From: Desulfurivibrionaceae bacterium
GTDB lineage: Bacteria; Desulfobacterota; Desulfobulbia; Desulfobulbales; SURF-16
NCBI GenBank assembly: GCA_031581485.1
Contig: JAVLBA010000002.1
Location: 4,226 to 68,225, forward strand
Direction of reading: 5' to 3'
Length of the DNA: 64,000 nt
Under the pieces are notes generated by a model. That model made no database searches. It had not been told where the DNA came from and saw only the letters and a program-made list of their open reading frames with translations. Within the stretch, counting starts at the first letter, position 1, and every line of letters begins with the position of its first letter. The position numbers and the translations under genes were made by a program. Below are positions 55,760-64,000 of the stretch, in pieces.

Positions 55760-57309
55760 TTTTCTCCATGGGGGTGCTTATTTGTCTCTGCCGCGGCCAG
55801 GGGGAGCAGGACCGTGAAAACAGTGCCGCCCTGGGGCCGCCTGGCTGCCGTAATCTTGCCCTTGGCATTGTCAATGATCATATAACTGACCGACAGACCA
55901 AGGCCCGTACCCTTGCCCGGCTCCTTGGTGGTGAAAAAGGGATCAAAAAGGGTCTCCACATTTTCCGTGGCAATGCCCGGGCCGTTATCCGTGCAGGAGA
56001 TCTTAAGCACCGGCACCTCTGCCTGGCCGGGCTGGAGAGAGGCCGTGCCCGTAGCCGTGGCAATGGTCAGCAGGCCGGCCGGCTCTGCCCCGTTGCCCTG
56101 CACGGCGTCAGCGGCATTCATGATGATATTCAAAAAGACCTGGCGCAGCTTATCTGCTATGGCCTCCACGGCATCGTGGTCCGCCCTGAGATCAAGAACA
56201 ATGGTCATCGCCGCCAGCAGGGGCTGATCTTTGAGGCGATGGTGCATGTCGGTGAGCAGCTCATGGAGATGCACCCTGCCCTGCTCATCATCCCCGCTAC
56301 GGGCCAGATCAAGAAGCTGACGGATAATGGTATTAATCCTGTTGATCTCCTCAATGGCGCGCCGGATAAAGTCAAGCCGGTCGCCAGGCTCCAGATTCTC
56401 CTGCTGCAAGAGTTCCAGATAGCCCAGGACAATACCCACCGGATTACCAATCTCATGGGCGATGCCGGCAGAAAGGCGCCCCACGGAAGCCAGTTTTTCG
56501 GCCTGGATCACCTCCTGCTGGGCCCGTATCAAAGAGACATTGGCCTCTTCCAGGGCCATCACCATCTCCTGCAGCTTCCGGCGATCGGTATTAATGCGGC
56601 GCAGCATGCGGTTCAGGGAGGTGGAAAGGGCGCTCACATCATCCCCCCTCCGGTCGCTCAAAAAATAAAAGCTCGCCTCATCCTGATACTCCTCTGCCCG
56701 CCTGGCCAGAAGCTGCAAGGGTTTGATGAGCAGGCCGGCCAGCCGGTGATAGGCGAAAAAGGTGAGAACAGCCAGATTCAAGGCAAAATAGATGGCAATG
56801 AGGCGTTGGCCAGCCAAGAGCTCCTGATAGAGAGGGGCCAGGGCCAGCTCCACGCCCACCCCGGCCAGCTCCTGGCCCAAGGGGACGGGCATGGCCGTCA
56901 GAAAATAATCATGGCGCCTGCCGAGCAAACCAAAACTGCTTCCCGAGGTCCCCTTGGTCATGACCTCGCTCAAGACGGCCCGCCTGGTCACTTCTGCCAG
57001 ATCCCGGCGAGCGCTGCTCTCGGGCCGGGAATGGAAGCGGGCCTGGCCTTGGTCATCCAGCACCACCAGATCCAGGCCGGCCTGGTGGGCCAGGGCCGCA
57101 AGTTCCTCAGAGAGGACGGGGGACATTTTTTTTTCCTGCCCCAGGCGCCCGGCCAACAGGGTCACCACCACCTGGGCCTTGTCCATCTCCACCGTCAGCA
57201 GCCGTTTCTGGCTGCTGACGGTGAGCACCACATCAATCAGCAACATGCCGCTGCCGATAAAGAGGGCCAGGGCCAGGATGATTTTAATCTGCAGCCGGTG
57301 GGAGTGCAC
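55756..57309 (-). CDS. Membrane sensor histidine kinase (HAMP-HisKA-HATPase), partner of the NtrC-type regulator
   Basis: Two TMs, H-box [17 protein letters not shown]...GTGLGL. The stop overlaps the regulator start (ATGA-type). Confidence 0.85.
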   Translation of the reverse strand: MHSHRLQIKIILALALFIGSGMLLIDVVLTVSSQKRLLTVEMDKAQVVVTLLAGRLGQEKKMSPVLSEELAALAHQAGLDLVVLDDQGQARFHSRPESSARRDLAEVTRRAVLSEVMTKGTSGSSFGLLGRRHDYFLTAMPVPLGQELAGVGVELALAPLYQELLAGQRLIAIYFALNLAVLTFFAYHRLAGLLIKPLQLLARRAEEYQDEASFYFLSDRRGDDVSALSTSLNRMLRRINTDRRKLQEMVMALEEANVSLIRAQQEVIQAEKLASVGRLSAGIAHEIGNPVGIVLGYLELLQQENLEPGDRLDFIRRAIEEINRINTIIRQLLDLARSGDDEQGRVHLHELLTDMHHRLKDQPLLAAMTIVLDLRADHDAVEAIADKLRQVFLNIIMNAADAVQGNGAEPAGLLTIATATGTASLQPGQAEVPVLKISCTDNGPGIATENVETLFDPFFTTKEPGKGTGLGLSVSYMIIDNAKGKITAARRPQGGTVFTVLLPLAAAETNKHPHGEK

Positions 57310-57338
57310 CTGATCACATCTTCTGGCAAGGGGCCATC

Positions 57339-58394
57339 TTATTTATCCCCGGCCAGAAGTTCACTCAGTTCACTGACGGCCATGGCATAACGATTGGAGT
57401 GATTCCAGGCGGTAATGGCCTGGAAGTTTGGATACCCGGCCACAAAGCGCATGCCGCCCTGCTCATCAAGTTCCAGCCCCACCACAGAGAGCTCCTTGTC
57501 GCCTGGCACCGCCGGCACGTGCCGTCCCTGGACCGCCTCAATCCGGGACCTGCTGACCCGGCCCTTGCGGCCCTTGGCATAGGCATCTTGCAGATCCTGG
57601 GCCTGCAGGGCAGGACCGATTTCAGCATAGAGGGGGGCATCTTGGATCCAGCCGAACTGCTTGAGATAATTGGCGATGGAGCCCAGGATATCAGGGACAT
57701 TGTTCCAGACATCCCGCCGACCGTCCTTATCAAAGTCCACGGCATAGGCGCGAAAACTAGACGGAATGAACTGGGTCTGACCAAAGGCGCCGCCATAGGA
57801 GCCGGAGACGGATTTGGGATCGACCTTGTTCTCCCGGCAGAGCAGAAGAAAATGAATGAGCTGCTTACGATAAAAGGCAGCGCGGCGCGGGTAGGCATCA
57901 AACATGGTGTTTAAGGTCTGAAGCATGTCAAAGCCGCCTGTGTGGCTGCCAAAACGACTCTCAATGGCCCAAATGGCCACCACTACCTCACGATCAACCC
58001 CTATCTCCTTTTCCACCCGGTCCAGGATATCCCGGTTCTCCTCGAGTTTCTCCCTGCCCTCCTTGACCACCGCCTGGGTGATAAAACGTGGATAATACTC
58101 AAAATAAGGCTTGGCCTCCCACTGGGAGTCCATGAGGACCAGCACCCTTTTCTTGATGGTCAGGCCATTGAAGACAGTGTCCAATTCCTCCTGGCTGAAA
58201 TGATGCTCGACGCGCAGCTCAGCAAAGAGCTCCTGATAGCGTTTACTGGTCAGATCAATGGGCTGCCCGTCCGTGACCAGATCAGCGGCCTTGGGTTTTT
58301 CAGGGCCGGCCTGGAGGGAGGCAGGAAGCAGGCAAAAGAGGGTAACCAGGAGGAAGGGGAGGCAATTTTTTCTCAGTTCCATGGGCAGGCTCAC
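57339..58394 (-). CDS. mltB: Lytic murein transglycosylase B family
   Basis: Signal peptide, then ESRFG...SYGGAFGQTQFIPSSF. The start is either GTG 58394 or ATG 58382. Confidence 0.8.
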   Translation of the reverse strand: MSLPMELRKNCLPFLLVTLFCLLPASLQAGPEKPKAADLVTDGQPIDLTSKRYQELFAELRVEHHFSQEELDTVFNGLTIKKRVLVLMDSQWEAKPYFEYYPRFITQAVVKEGREKLEENRDILDRVEKEIGVDREVVVAIWAIESRFGSHTGGFDMLQTLNTMFDAYPRRAAFYRKQLIHFLLLCRENKVDPKSVSGSYGGAFGQTQFIPSSFRAYAVDFDKDGRRDVWNNVPDILGSIANYLKQFGWIQDAPLYAEIGPALQAQDLQDAYAKGRKGRVSRSRIEAVQGRHVPAVPGDKELSVVGLELDEQGGMRFVAGYPNFQAITAWNHSNRYAMAVSELSELLAGDK

Positions 58395-58587
58395 ATTCTT
58401 GATAAAGGGGGAGGGGCGGGAACCACTGTGTGGCCAAGATATTTTTCAGACTTTATTCTTGTTGAGACAACCATAGAGTGCAAAAGGTTACAAAGTTTTT
58501 TTCTCCTCAATGAGGATGACTGGCATGCCCTGACAGTCATGACCATCATTGCTGCCGCTCAAAAAAAGGCCGCAGAAATGGGTCCAT

Positions 58588-59553
58588 TCAGCCCTTGAAG
58601 GCGGCAAAAAAAGCAGCCATAAACTCCTCAACCCTGTCGACCGGCAGTTGATTAATGCCGGCCGCAGCGGCGCGGCCACCGCCTGAGGGAAAGGCTCGAC
58701 AGAGATCCACCGCCCCTTTTTTGCGGGCCAGAGGGGCCCGGACACTGACCACATAGCCGCCCATACCGTCTGCCACCAGCAGGGCATGGGCCCTTGTCGG
58801 CTCTTCCCGGGCCCGCTCATTACTCAACACCCCGGCCGTGCGCCGGGCCCAGGCCTGGCCGGGAAAGATATAGATCCGCCCCTGTTCCTGCTGGGCCTCA
58901 GGAAGCACGGCTCGGGCCCGGGCCATATCATCATGAAAGCCCTGGCGCAGGGTGGCAAGGGTATTGCTCTCGGCATAAAAGCGAAGGGGGTCCTGGTAGG
59001 GGCGCACGGCCTGAAAGAGCTCCACCGGGTCAAAATGTAGATCCGCTACCTCTTTGCCATAGCCGTTATAGTTGAACAACTCGCCAAGTTCACAAAGAGC
59101 CGCCATCTCCCGGGCCGAGAAACCGGCCTGCCGGCCCAGACGGGCCGCCGGCTGGTGCAGGTTATCCCCGAAGGCAGCAACCACCGCCCAGCCGGGAAAT
59201 CGCCCGGCCTGCAGCCGGTTGACAATGAGGCCTGTACAGATCTCCGGATCCTCATCAAGGTGACAGGTAAGACCGCTGTGGCCGGGAATCTCACCGGCGT
59301 GGTGATGATCTACATAGAAAACCTGGCAGCCGGCAGCAAGCAGGAGGCGCAGGGGCTCCTTATTGGTGGCCATGGAGACATCAAGCACCGTCAGACGGGC
59401 GCCGGCGTGGTCAGGCCGGGCCACCACCCGGTCCAGAAGCCGGATATCCCTCTTCACCCCGGAGAGCAGCAGAGCGGCCCGGGGCTCGGCCAGGCGCAGC
59501 TGCTGCAGGGCAGCGATACCATCGGCATCGCCATTGAAAATATCTATATCCAT
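58588..59553 (-). CDS. DHH/DHHA1-family phosphoesterase (NrnA/RecJ-like core)
   Basis: The motifs occur in order: GDADG, VLDVS, VDHHH, GDN, and a C-terminal GGGRAAAAG (a variant of GGGHxxAAG). Confidence 0.7.
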   Translation of the reverse strand: MDIDIFNGDADGIAALQQLRLAEPRAALLLSGVKRDIRLLDRVVARPDHAGARLTVLDVSMATNKEPLRLLLAAGCQVFYVDHHHAGEIPGHSGLTCHLDEDPEICTGLIVNRLQAGRFPGWAVVAAFGDNLHQPAARLGRQAGFSAREMAALCELGELFNYNGYGKEVADLHFDPVELFQAVRPYQDPLRFYAESNTLATLRQGFHDDMARARAVLPEAQQEQGRIYIFPGQAWARRTAGVLSNERAREEPTRAHALLVADGMGGYVVSVRAPLARKKGAVDLCRAFPSGGGRAAAAGINQLPVDRVEEFMAAFFAAFKG

Positions 59554-59574
59554 TGCTTTGTGTCCTCTCCCCCC

Positions 59575-61821
59575 TTAGTTTTCATGACTGAGGGCGTCCG
59601 TGCTGGTGGCAAACTCGATATCCCCGCCCAGATTATCCTCATAGCCAAAGCCCACACCCTGGCCCAGGGCAACCAGAGTGAAGAGCACGGCAACTCTTTT
59701 GTCATCACTGCTTTCTGAAAACTTGACCTGCATGCCCCAGCACCCGGGCTGATAGAGAAGAGAGAACGACTGACTCACCACACTGTTGACGGCCAGGGAT
59801 TGTTTGATATCCGCCTTGAGGGAAATCGCCTTAGTAAGACGGACCTGGCCGCTGGCGTTGATCTCATGGATATCGCTATCCTTATTATAGCGGTAATCCG
59901 CTGACAAAAAATCGCCGCGCTGGTTTGTATAGCGGGTCAGCAGGTCATAAGAGACAAAGCCGCGGCCATAGACGCTGAGGGCGGTGGAATAATTGACCCG
60001 CAGCTGCCTGAGGGGATAGATATCCAAGTCAAACAAGAGATTGCCATAGGGCTGAAAATCCTTGCGGTGGTCATAGGAGTGGTTGACCTTGAAGGAGCCG
60101 AAATAGCGGCTGTAGGCCTGCTCCTCTTTATGCACACCGCCGATACGGAAGTGGTTGTCAAGGCCATAGCCCACCACGCTCCGGGCCACCAGGGTATCCT
60201 TACTGTCAAAGTCAGGCATCACCTCTTCCTCATAATGGGGATCCAGATAGGCATAAGAGGCGTGGGGCTTGAGGGTATGGTTAAGCCAGCGCAGGGAGCC
60301 TGCCCCGACCTTAAAATCGCGCTGAAAGGTGGTGGTAAGATCAACAGCACCGTCCCAGGCCAGCCTGCCAGGGGTGGTGTCGCCGCTGTAGAGGGCCTTG
60401 TCGTCTGATTCAACCTGATACGAGGTCTGGCGCAGGCCGCCGGTGGCCTGCGCCTCCAGCCAACGACCCAGGGCAAGGGGGGTGGTAAGGCGGGGATGGA
60501 GATCCAGGCGCTGCATGCCCACCCCCTCCTTGCGCCAATAATGAACATATTCGGCGTCCCAATTGAGGTTGGCCCTGGTGGCCGGCATGGCCAGGCTGCC
60601 GGCCGTGACCACCTTGGGCAGGGTCTGGACAACCGTGCTCTCCGGGGTGGAGCCGGGCCGCAGATCATCCACATACGTGGTTTCAGCGCCGAGATAGAGA
60701 TGGGACCAGTGCTTGGCAAGCTGCAGGCTGGATGGCCGCCAGGGCAGAGAGGATTCGGCCAGGCCGCGGTCAAAATCGTTAAGAAAGACCGCATGGGAGG
60801 CCTCAAAGCCGATCACGCCATTAGTAAACTCCATGAGGAAGTCCGGATCTGAGGCAAAATCAACATCGAGCAGCACCTTGAAATCATCACCCAGATCATA
60901 ATCGCCCTTACTGCGCAGCCAATAGCGGTTTGACCGGGTGCGCAGATAGCCGTCATCCAGATAATCATCATCAATCTCATCCTGGAGGTGGTCATCCAGA
61001 AAGGTGGCCTGGATGCCGAACCGGGAGTCATAATCGTTGATAACACGGAACTCGCCGCCGATCATGGGGCCGCGCTCGGCATAATACGCAGGATAGAGGG
61101 TGATATCGGCGCTGGGGGAGAGGTCAACGAAAAAGGGGGTCATGAGCCCGGAACCACCCCGGTCGGAGCTTGATATTTCCGGATCGAGAAAACCGGTCTG
61201 CCGGTTCATCCGGCCGGGAAAGGCCATATAGGGCAGATAAAGGAGCGGCACATCCTTGATACGCAGCATGCTGTGCTTCATAAAGATGAAGCCGTCCACA
61301 TCGATATCCGCCTCCTTCATGGTGAGACTCCACACCGGACTATGCGCATCATCATAGTCACAGGTGGTGAAGACGCCATCCCGGAAAAAATAGACCATTT
61401 CCCCTTCCTTGCGCGCCTCGGCACTGGCGAAATGGATATTGGTCTGCGGGAAAAAGATCGTGCTGTCGATCAGCTGCGCCGTTTCATCACCAAGAGAGAT
61501 GGTGGCCTGGCGGGCCTCGGCCCTTTCCGTTTTAGAAAGCAGCTTGACATGGCCCCGGGCATGGACCAGCCCCGCCTCAGCGTCATAGCGGATCCAGTCG
61601 GCCTCAATGGTCATGGGCCGGTCAGGGTTGCCGGTACGCTCGAGCACCACATTGCCCTCGGCAATGACCTCATTCTCCTTGTCACCGCGGCTGATCTTAT
61701 CCGCCTCCACCTTCCACGGCTGATTGAGGAGACCTTCGGCATGCCCGGGGGAGCCGAAAAAGATCGCGCCAAAAATGAGCAGGCAGGCCAGAAAATTTCT
61801 TATCAAGAAGAGAGTCGACAC
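59575..61821 (-). CDS. lptD: LPS-assembly outer-membrane protein LptD
   Basis: Signal-like N-terminus from GTG 61821, an OstA-like N-terminal domain (IEADWIRYD...), and a large C-terminal barrel region. The upstream part of the track ORF overlaps ilvD and is rejected. Confidence 0.8.
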   Translation of the reverse strand: MSTLFLIRNFLACLLIFGAIFFGSPGHAEGLLNQPWKVEADKISRGDKENEVIAEGNVVLERTGNPDRPMTIEADWIRYDAEAGLVHARGHVKLLSKTERAEARQATISLGDETAQLIDSTIFFPQTNIHFASAEARKEGEMVYFFRDGVFTTCDYDDAHSPVWSLTMKEADIDVDGFIFMKHSMLRIKDVPLLYLPYMAFPGRMNRQTGFLDPEISSSDRGGSGLMTPFFVDLSPSADITLYPAYYAERGPMIGGEFRVINDYDSRFGIQATFLDDHLQDEIDDDYLDDGYLRTRSNRYWLRSKGDYDLGDDFKVLLDVDFASDPDFLMEFTNGVIGFEASHAVFLNDFDRGLAESSLPWRPSSLQLAKHWSHLYLGAETTYVDDLRPGSTPESTVVQTLPKVVTAGSLAMPATRANLNWDAEYVHYWRKEGVGMQRLDLHPRLTTPLALGRWLEAQATGGLRQTSYQVESDDKALYSGDTTPGRLAWDGAVDLTTTFQRDFKVGAGSLRWLNHTLKPHASYAYLDPHYEEEVMPDFDSKDTLVARSVVGYGLDNHFRIGGVHKEEQAYSRYFGSFKVNHSYDHRKDFQPYGNLLFDLDIYPLRQLRVNYSTALSVYGRGFVSYDLLTRYTNQRGDFLSADYRYNKDSDIHEINASGQVRLTKAISLKADIKQSLAVNSVVSQSFSLLYQPGCWGMQVKFSESSDDKRVAVLFTLVALGQGVGFGYEDNLGGDIEFATSTDALSHEN

Positions 61822-61895
61822 GTTTATCCGGATAGGGTGAAGGGCAAGGAGAATCTGCAGGCGTAAAAAAGGGGGCGCAGACGCCCCCTTGCAAA

Positions 61896-63563
61896 TTACT
61901 CGTCTTTCAATACCGCGCCGGTGGCCCCTGAGGTCACCATCCGGGCATAGCGGGCCATATAGCCGGTGGTGACCTTGGGGGCCGGGGGCTGCCACCCTTC
62001 CTTGCGCCTGGCCAGCTCGGCATCATCAACCTCCACCTTCAGGACATTGTTGGGGATATCAATCACCACCAGATCACCCTCTGCCACCAGGGCAATGGGG
62101 CCGCCATCGGCCGCCTCCGGGGAGACATGGCCGATACAGGCACCCTGGGTACCGCCACTGAAGCGGCCATCCGTGATAAGCGCCACGCTGGTGCCGAGGC
62201 CCATGCCGATGATGGCCGAGGTGGGCGACAGCATCTCCGGCATGCCAGGACCTCCCCTGGGGCCGCAATAGCGGATGATGACCACGTCGCCGGCCTTGAT
62301 CTTCCCCCCCAGAATAGCCTTCTGGGCCTCCTCCTCAGAGTTGTAGAGCCGGGCCGGGCCCTTATGGGTGAGCATCTCATCAGCCACGGCCGATTGCTTG
62401 ACCACAGCGCCCTGGGGCGCCAGGTTGCCGTAGAGCACGGCAATGCCGCCCACCTTGTGGTAGGGTTCAGCCACGGTGCGGATCACCTCCCGGTCCTTGA
62501 CCCGGGCCTTCTTGAGATTCTTACCCAGGGTCTGGCCGGTGACGGTCATGACATCCTGATGCAGACTATCCCGGCTGGCCAGGAGCTCCTGCATGACGGC
62601 CTGGACCCCGCCCGCCTCGTGAAGCTGCTCCATGGAATGGGGACCGCCGGGAATCAGGCTGCAGATATGGGGGACCCTCTTGGAAACCTTGTTGAAGGAG
62701 TCCAGGGGCAGATCCACCCCCGCCTCCTTGGCAATGGCCGGCACATGGAGCACCGTATTGGTGGAGCAGCCCAGGGCCATGTCCACGGCCATGGCATTCT
62801 CAAAGGCCTGGCGGGTGGCGATATCGCGGGGTCGGATATTTTCGTGAAACAAGTTCATCACCGCCATGCCGGCCTGCTTGGCCAGCCGGATGCGGGCGGC
62901 GTGGACTGCCGGGATGGTGCCGTTGCCGGGCAGACCCAGGCCGATGGCCTCGGTGAGGCAGTTCATGGAGTTGGCGGTAAACATGCCGGCACAGGAACCG
63001 CAGCCAGGACAGGCGTCATCCTCCAGCTCAGCCAGCTCTTCGAGGCTCATGGTCTTGGCCTTCACTCGGCCCACCCCCTCAAAGACCGAGACGAGATGTA
63101 CATCCTTGCCCCGGTGGCGGCCGGTGAGCATGGGGCCGCCGCTGACCATAATAGCCGGGATATTGAGGCGGAGCATGGCCATGAGCATGCCCGGCACCAC
63201 CTTGTCGCAGTTGGGGATGAGAATCATGGCATCAAAGGGATGGGCCTGGCCGACAATCTCCACGGAATCAGCAATGATCTCGCGGCTGGCCAGGGAGTAT
63301 TTCATGCCCGTATGACCCATGGCAATGCCGTCGCAGACCCCGATGGTGGCAAAGGCGGCGGGTGTACCGCCGGCCATCCGCACCCCGGTCTTCACCGCCT
63401 CGACAATCTTGTCCAGATGGACATGGCCGGGAATAATCTCATTATGGGCATGACAGACACCGATCAGGGGCCGGCTCAATTCTTCATTGGTATAGCCCAT
63501 GGCCTTGAACAAGGAACGATGAGGGGCCCGTTCCAGACCTTTGGTAACGACATCACTGCGCAT
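61896..63563 (-). CDS. ilvD: Dihydroxy-acid dehydratase
   Basis: [25 protein letters not shown], and [16 protein letters not shown] cluster-binding motifs. 555 aa. Confidence 0.95.
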   Translation of the reverse strand: MRSDVVTKGLERAPHRSLFKAMGYTNEELSRPLIGVCHAHNEIIPGHVHLDKIVEAVKTGVRMAGGTPAAFATIGVCDGIAMGHTGMKYSLASREIIADSVEIVGQAHPFDAMILIPNCDKVVPGMLMAMLRLNIPAIMVSGGPMLTGRHRGKDVHLVSVFEGVGRVKAKTMSLEELAELEDDACPGCGSCAGMFTANSMNCLTEAIGLGLPGNGTIPAVHAARIRLAKQAGMAVMNLFHENIRPRDIATRQAFENAMAVDMALGCSTNTVLHVPAIAKEAGVDLPLDSFNKVSKRVPHICSLIPGGPHSMEQLHEAGGVQAVMQELLASRDSLHQDVMTVTGQTLGKNLKKARVKDREVIRTVAEPYHKVGGIAVLYGNLAPQGAVVKQSAVADEMLTHKGPARLYNSEEEAQKAILGGKIKAGDVVIIRYCGPRGGPGMPEMLSPTSAIIGMGLGTSVALITDGRFSGGTQGACIGHVSPEAADGGPIALVAEGDLVVIDIPNNVLKVEVDDAELARRKEGWQPPAPKVTTGYMARYARMVTSGATGAVLKDE

Positions 63564-63928
63564 GTTTTTTCCTTTTTCTGAGAAGAATTTTTAGAGACAT
63601 TTCTCTGGCGGCGCCAGGAATCCTGAGCCCACCCCTGCAACTGTTGCCACTTAAGGGAAAAATCTCCCTGCCACCGGTAAAGAAAGGTCGCTTTTTTTTA
63701 TGGCAGCCGCCAAGGGGGCGACTGGGCAGGCAGGAAGGCCAAAATTTACGCTCTGGCTCCATGGGTGTCAAGGAAAAGTTCCTTCCTTTCTCTCTGAGAA
63801 AACGGGCTTTTCTCTTGCCGGAACAAAAAATGCTTGGTATAGAATTATCCTTATTGTTTTGTCAGCGGATGATACCTGATCATAAAAAAGAGGAGTTCCC
63901 CCCTTCTCCTGCCCGTACTGCCACTCCT

Positions 63929-64000
63929 ATGAAATATCTCTTTGGCCCGGTCAATTCCCGGCGACTCGGTCTCTCCCTGGGCATTGATCTCCTCACCACC
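63929..64000 (+). CDS. Radical-SAM family protein, N-terminal fragment (runs off the window)
   Basis: MKYLFGPVNSRRLGLSLGIDLLTT matches the FGPVxSRRLGxSLGI N-terminus I associate with a radical-SAM subgroup. The frame is also open upstream to ATG 63761, so the start is uncertain. Confidence 0.45.
   Translation, partial: MKYLFGPVNSRRLGLSLGIDLLTT

Noticed and set aside
55768-57390. A 540-aa ORF antisense to the sensor kinase and the mltB 3' end.
   Set aside because: It is antisense to a kinase with a clear H-box and G-boxes, its composition is low-complexity, and it crosses a gene boundary.
61822-61995. An N-terminal extension of the lptD ORF (806-aa version).
   Set aside because: It overlaps the 3' end of ilvD in another frame. 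The signal-peptide-like sequence starts at GTG 61821.
62127-63581. A 484-aa ORF antisense to ilvD.
   Set aside because: ilvD on the minus strand is unambiguous, so this is an antisense-frame artefact.
63761-63928. Longer versions of the radical-SAM ORF, starting at ATG 63761, 63830 or 63869.
   Set aside because: The frame is open, but the upstream residues have no family resemblance. The FGPVxSRRLG motif normally sits at the extreme N-terminus. I kept 63929 as the start, with low confidence.
1-64000. A search for CRISPR arrays, IS elements or transposases, integrases, prophage genes, rRNA, toxin-antitoxin pairs or known defence systems.
   Set aside because: I found none by reading. There are no regularly spaced direct repeats, no terminal inverted repeats flanking ORFs, and no recombinase or defence-type motifs. 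The tRNA genes are not followed by integrase-like genes.

Overview
A GC-rich, gene-dense 64 kb chromosomal window. I saw no mobile elements, CRISPR arrays or rRNA. All calls come from reading the translations and DNA by eye, with no database search.

Gene order:
- 1-9.6 kb, housekeeping and signalling: dnaJ 3' end, moaC, dksA-like, galT-like, a receiver protein, folE2, glyS, an EAL+HDOD protein, maf, an SDR reductase, a DUF362 protein.
- 10.3-22.5 kb, one co-directional flagellar export and regulation cluster: fliL-fliM-fliN-fliO-fliP-fliQ-fliR-flhB-flhA-flhF-flhG-fliA-cheY, followed by an unusual FliL-like gene.
- 22.7-26.8 kb: glnD-glnA.
- 26.8-30.4 kb, small accessory-looking genes: RNase H-like exonuclease, Smr, PilZ, zinc-ribbon-AIM24, an outer-membrane barrel.
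- 30.5-37.2 kb: pgi, aroD-aroE-aroA plus a small lipoprotein, thpR, ispDF.
- 37.3-39.6 kb: RNase P RNA, a COG1579 zinc-ribbon protein, Nif3, tRNA(CAU).
- 39.7-46.0 kb: small siroheme sulfite reductase divergent from cysK, then gap-pgk-tpiA-secG-tRNA-Leu.
- 46.2-64 kb: hybrid histidine kinase; an unknown membrane protein plus a VWA-like lipoprotein; a Cys-rich protein coupled to an RluA pseudouridine synthase; a receiver/CheC-like/PAS-GGDEF operon; an NtrC-type two-component pair; mltB; a DHH protein; lptD; ilvD; the start of a radical-SAM gene.

The gene content is compatible with a Desulfobacterota (deltaproteobacterial) chromosome, but that is inference only.

Most of the window is ordinary core genome. 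The observations I consider most worth follow-up:
1. The cheY-adjacent FliL-like membrane protein, which carries a FliM/CheZ-like acidic docking motif.
2. The Cys/His-rich ORF translationally coupled to RluA.
3. The tightly coupled receiver-CheC-GGDEF operon.
4. The unknown membrane protein and VWA-like lipoprotein pair.
5. Non-coding oddities: a (GGAGTAA)x4 array, a bidirectional terminator inside a divergent intergenic region, and sigma-54 promoter matches.

The many long ORFs antisense to recognisable genes are treated as GC-rich artefacts.
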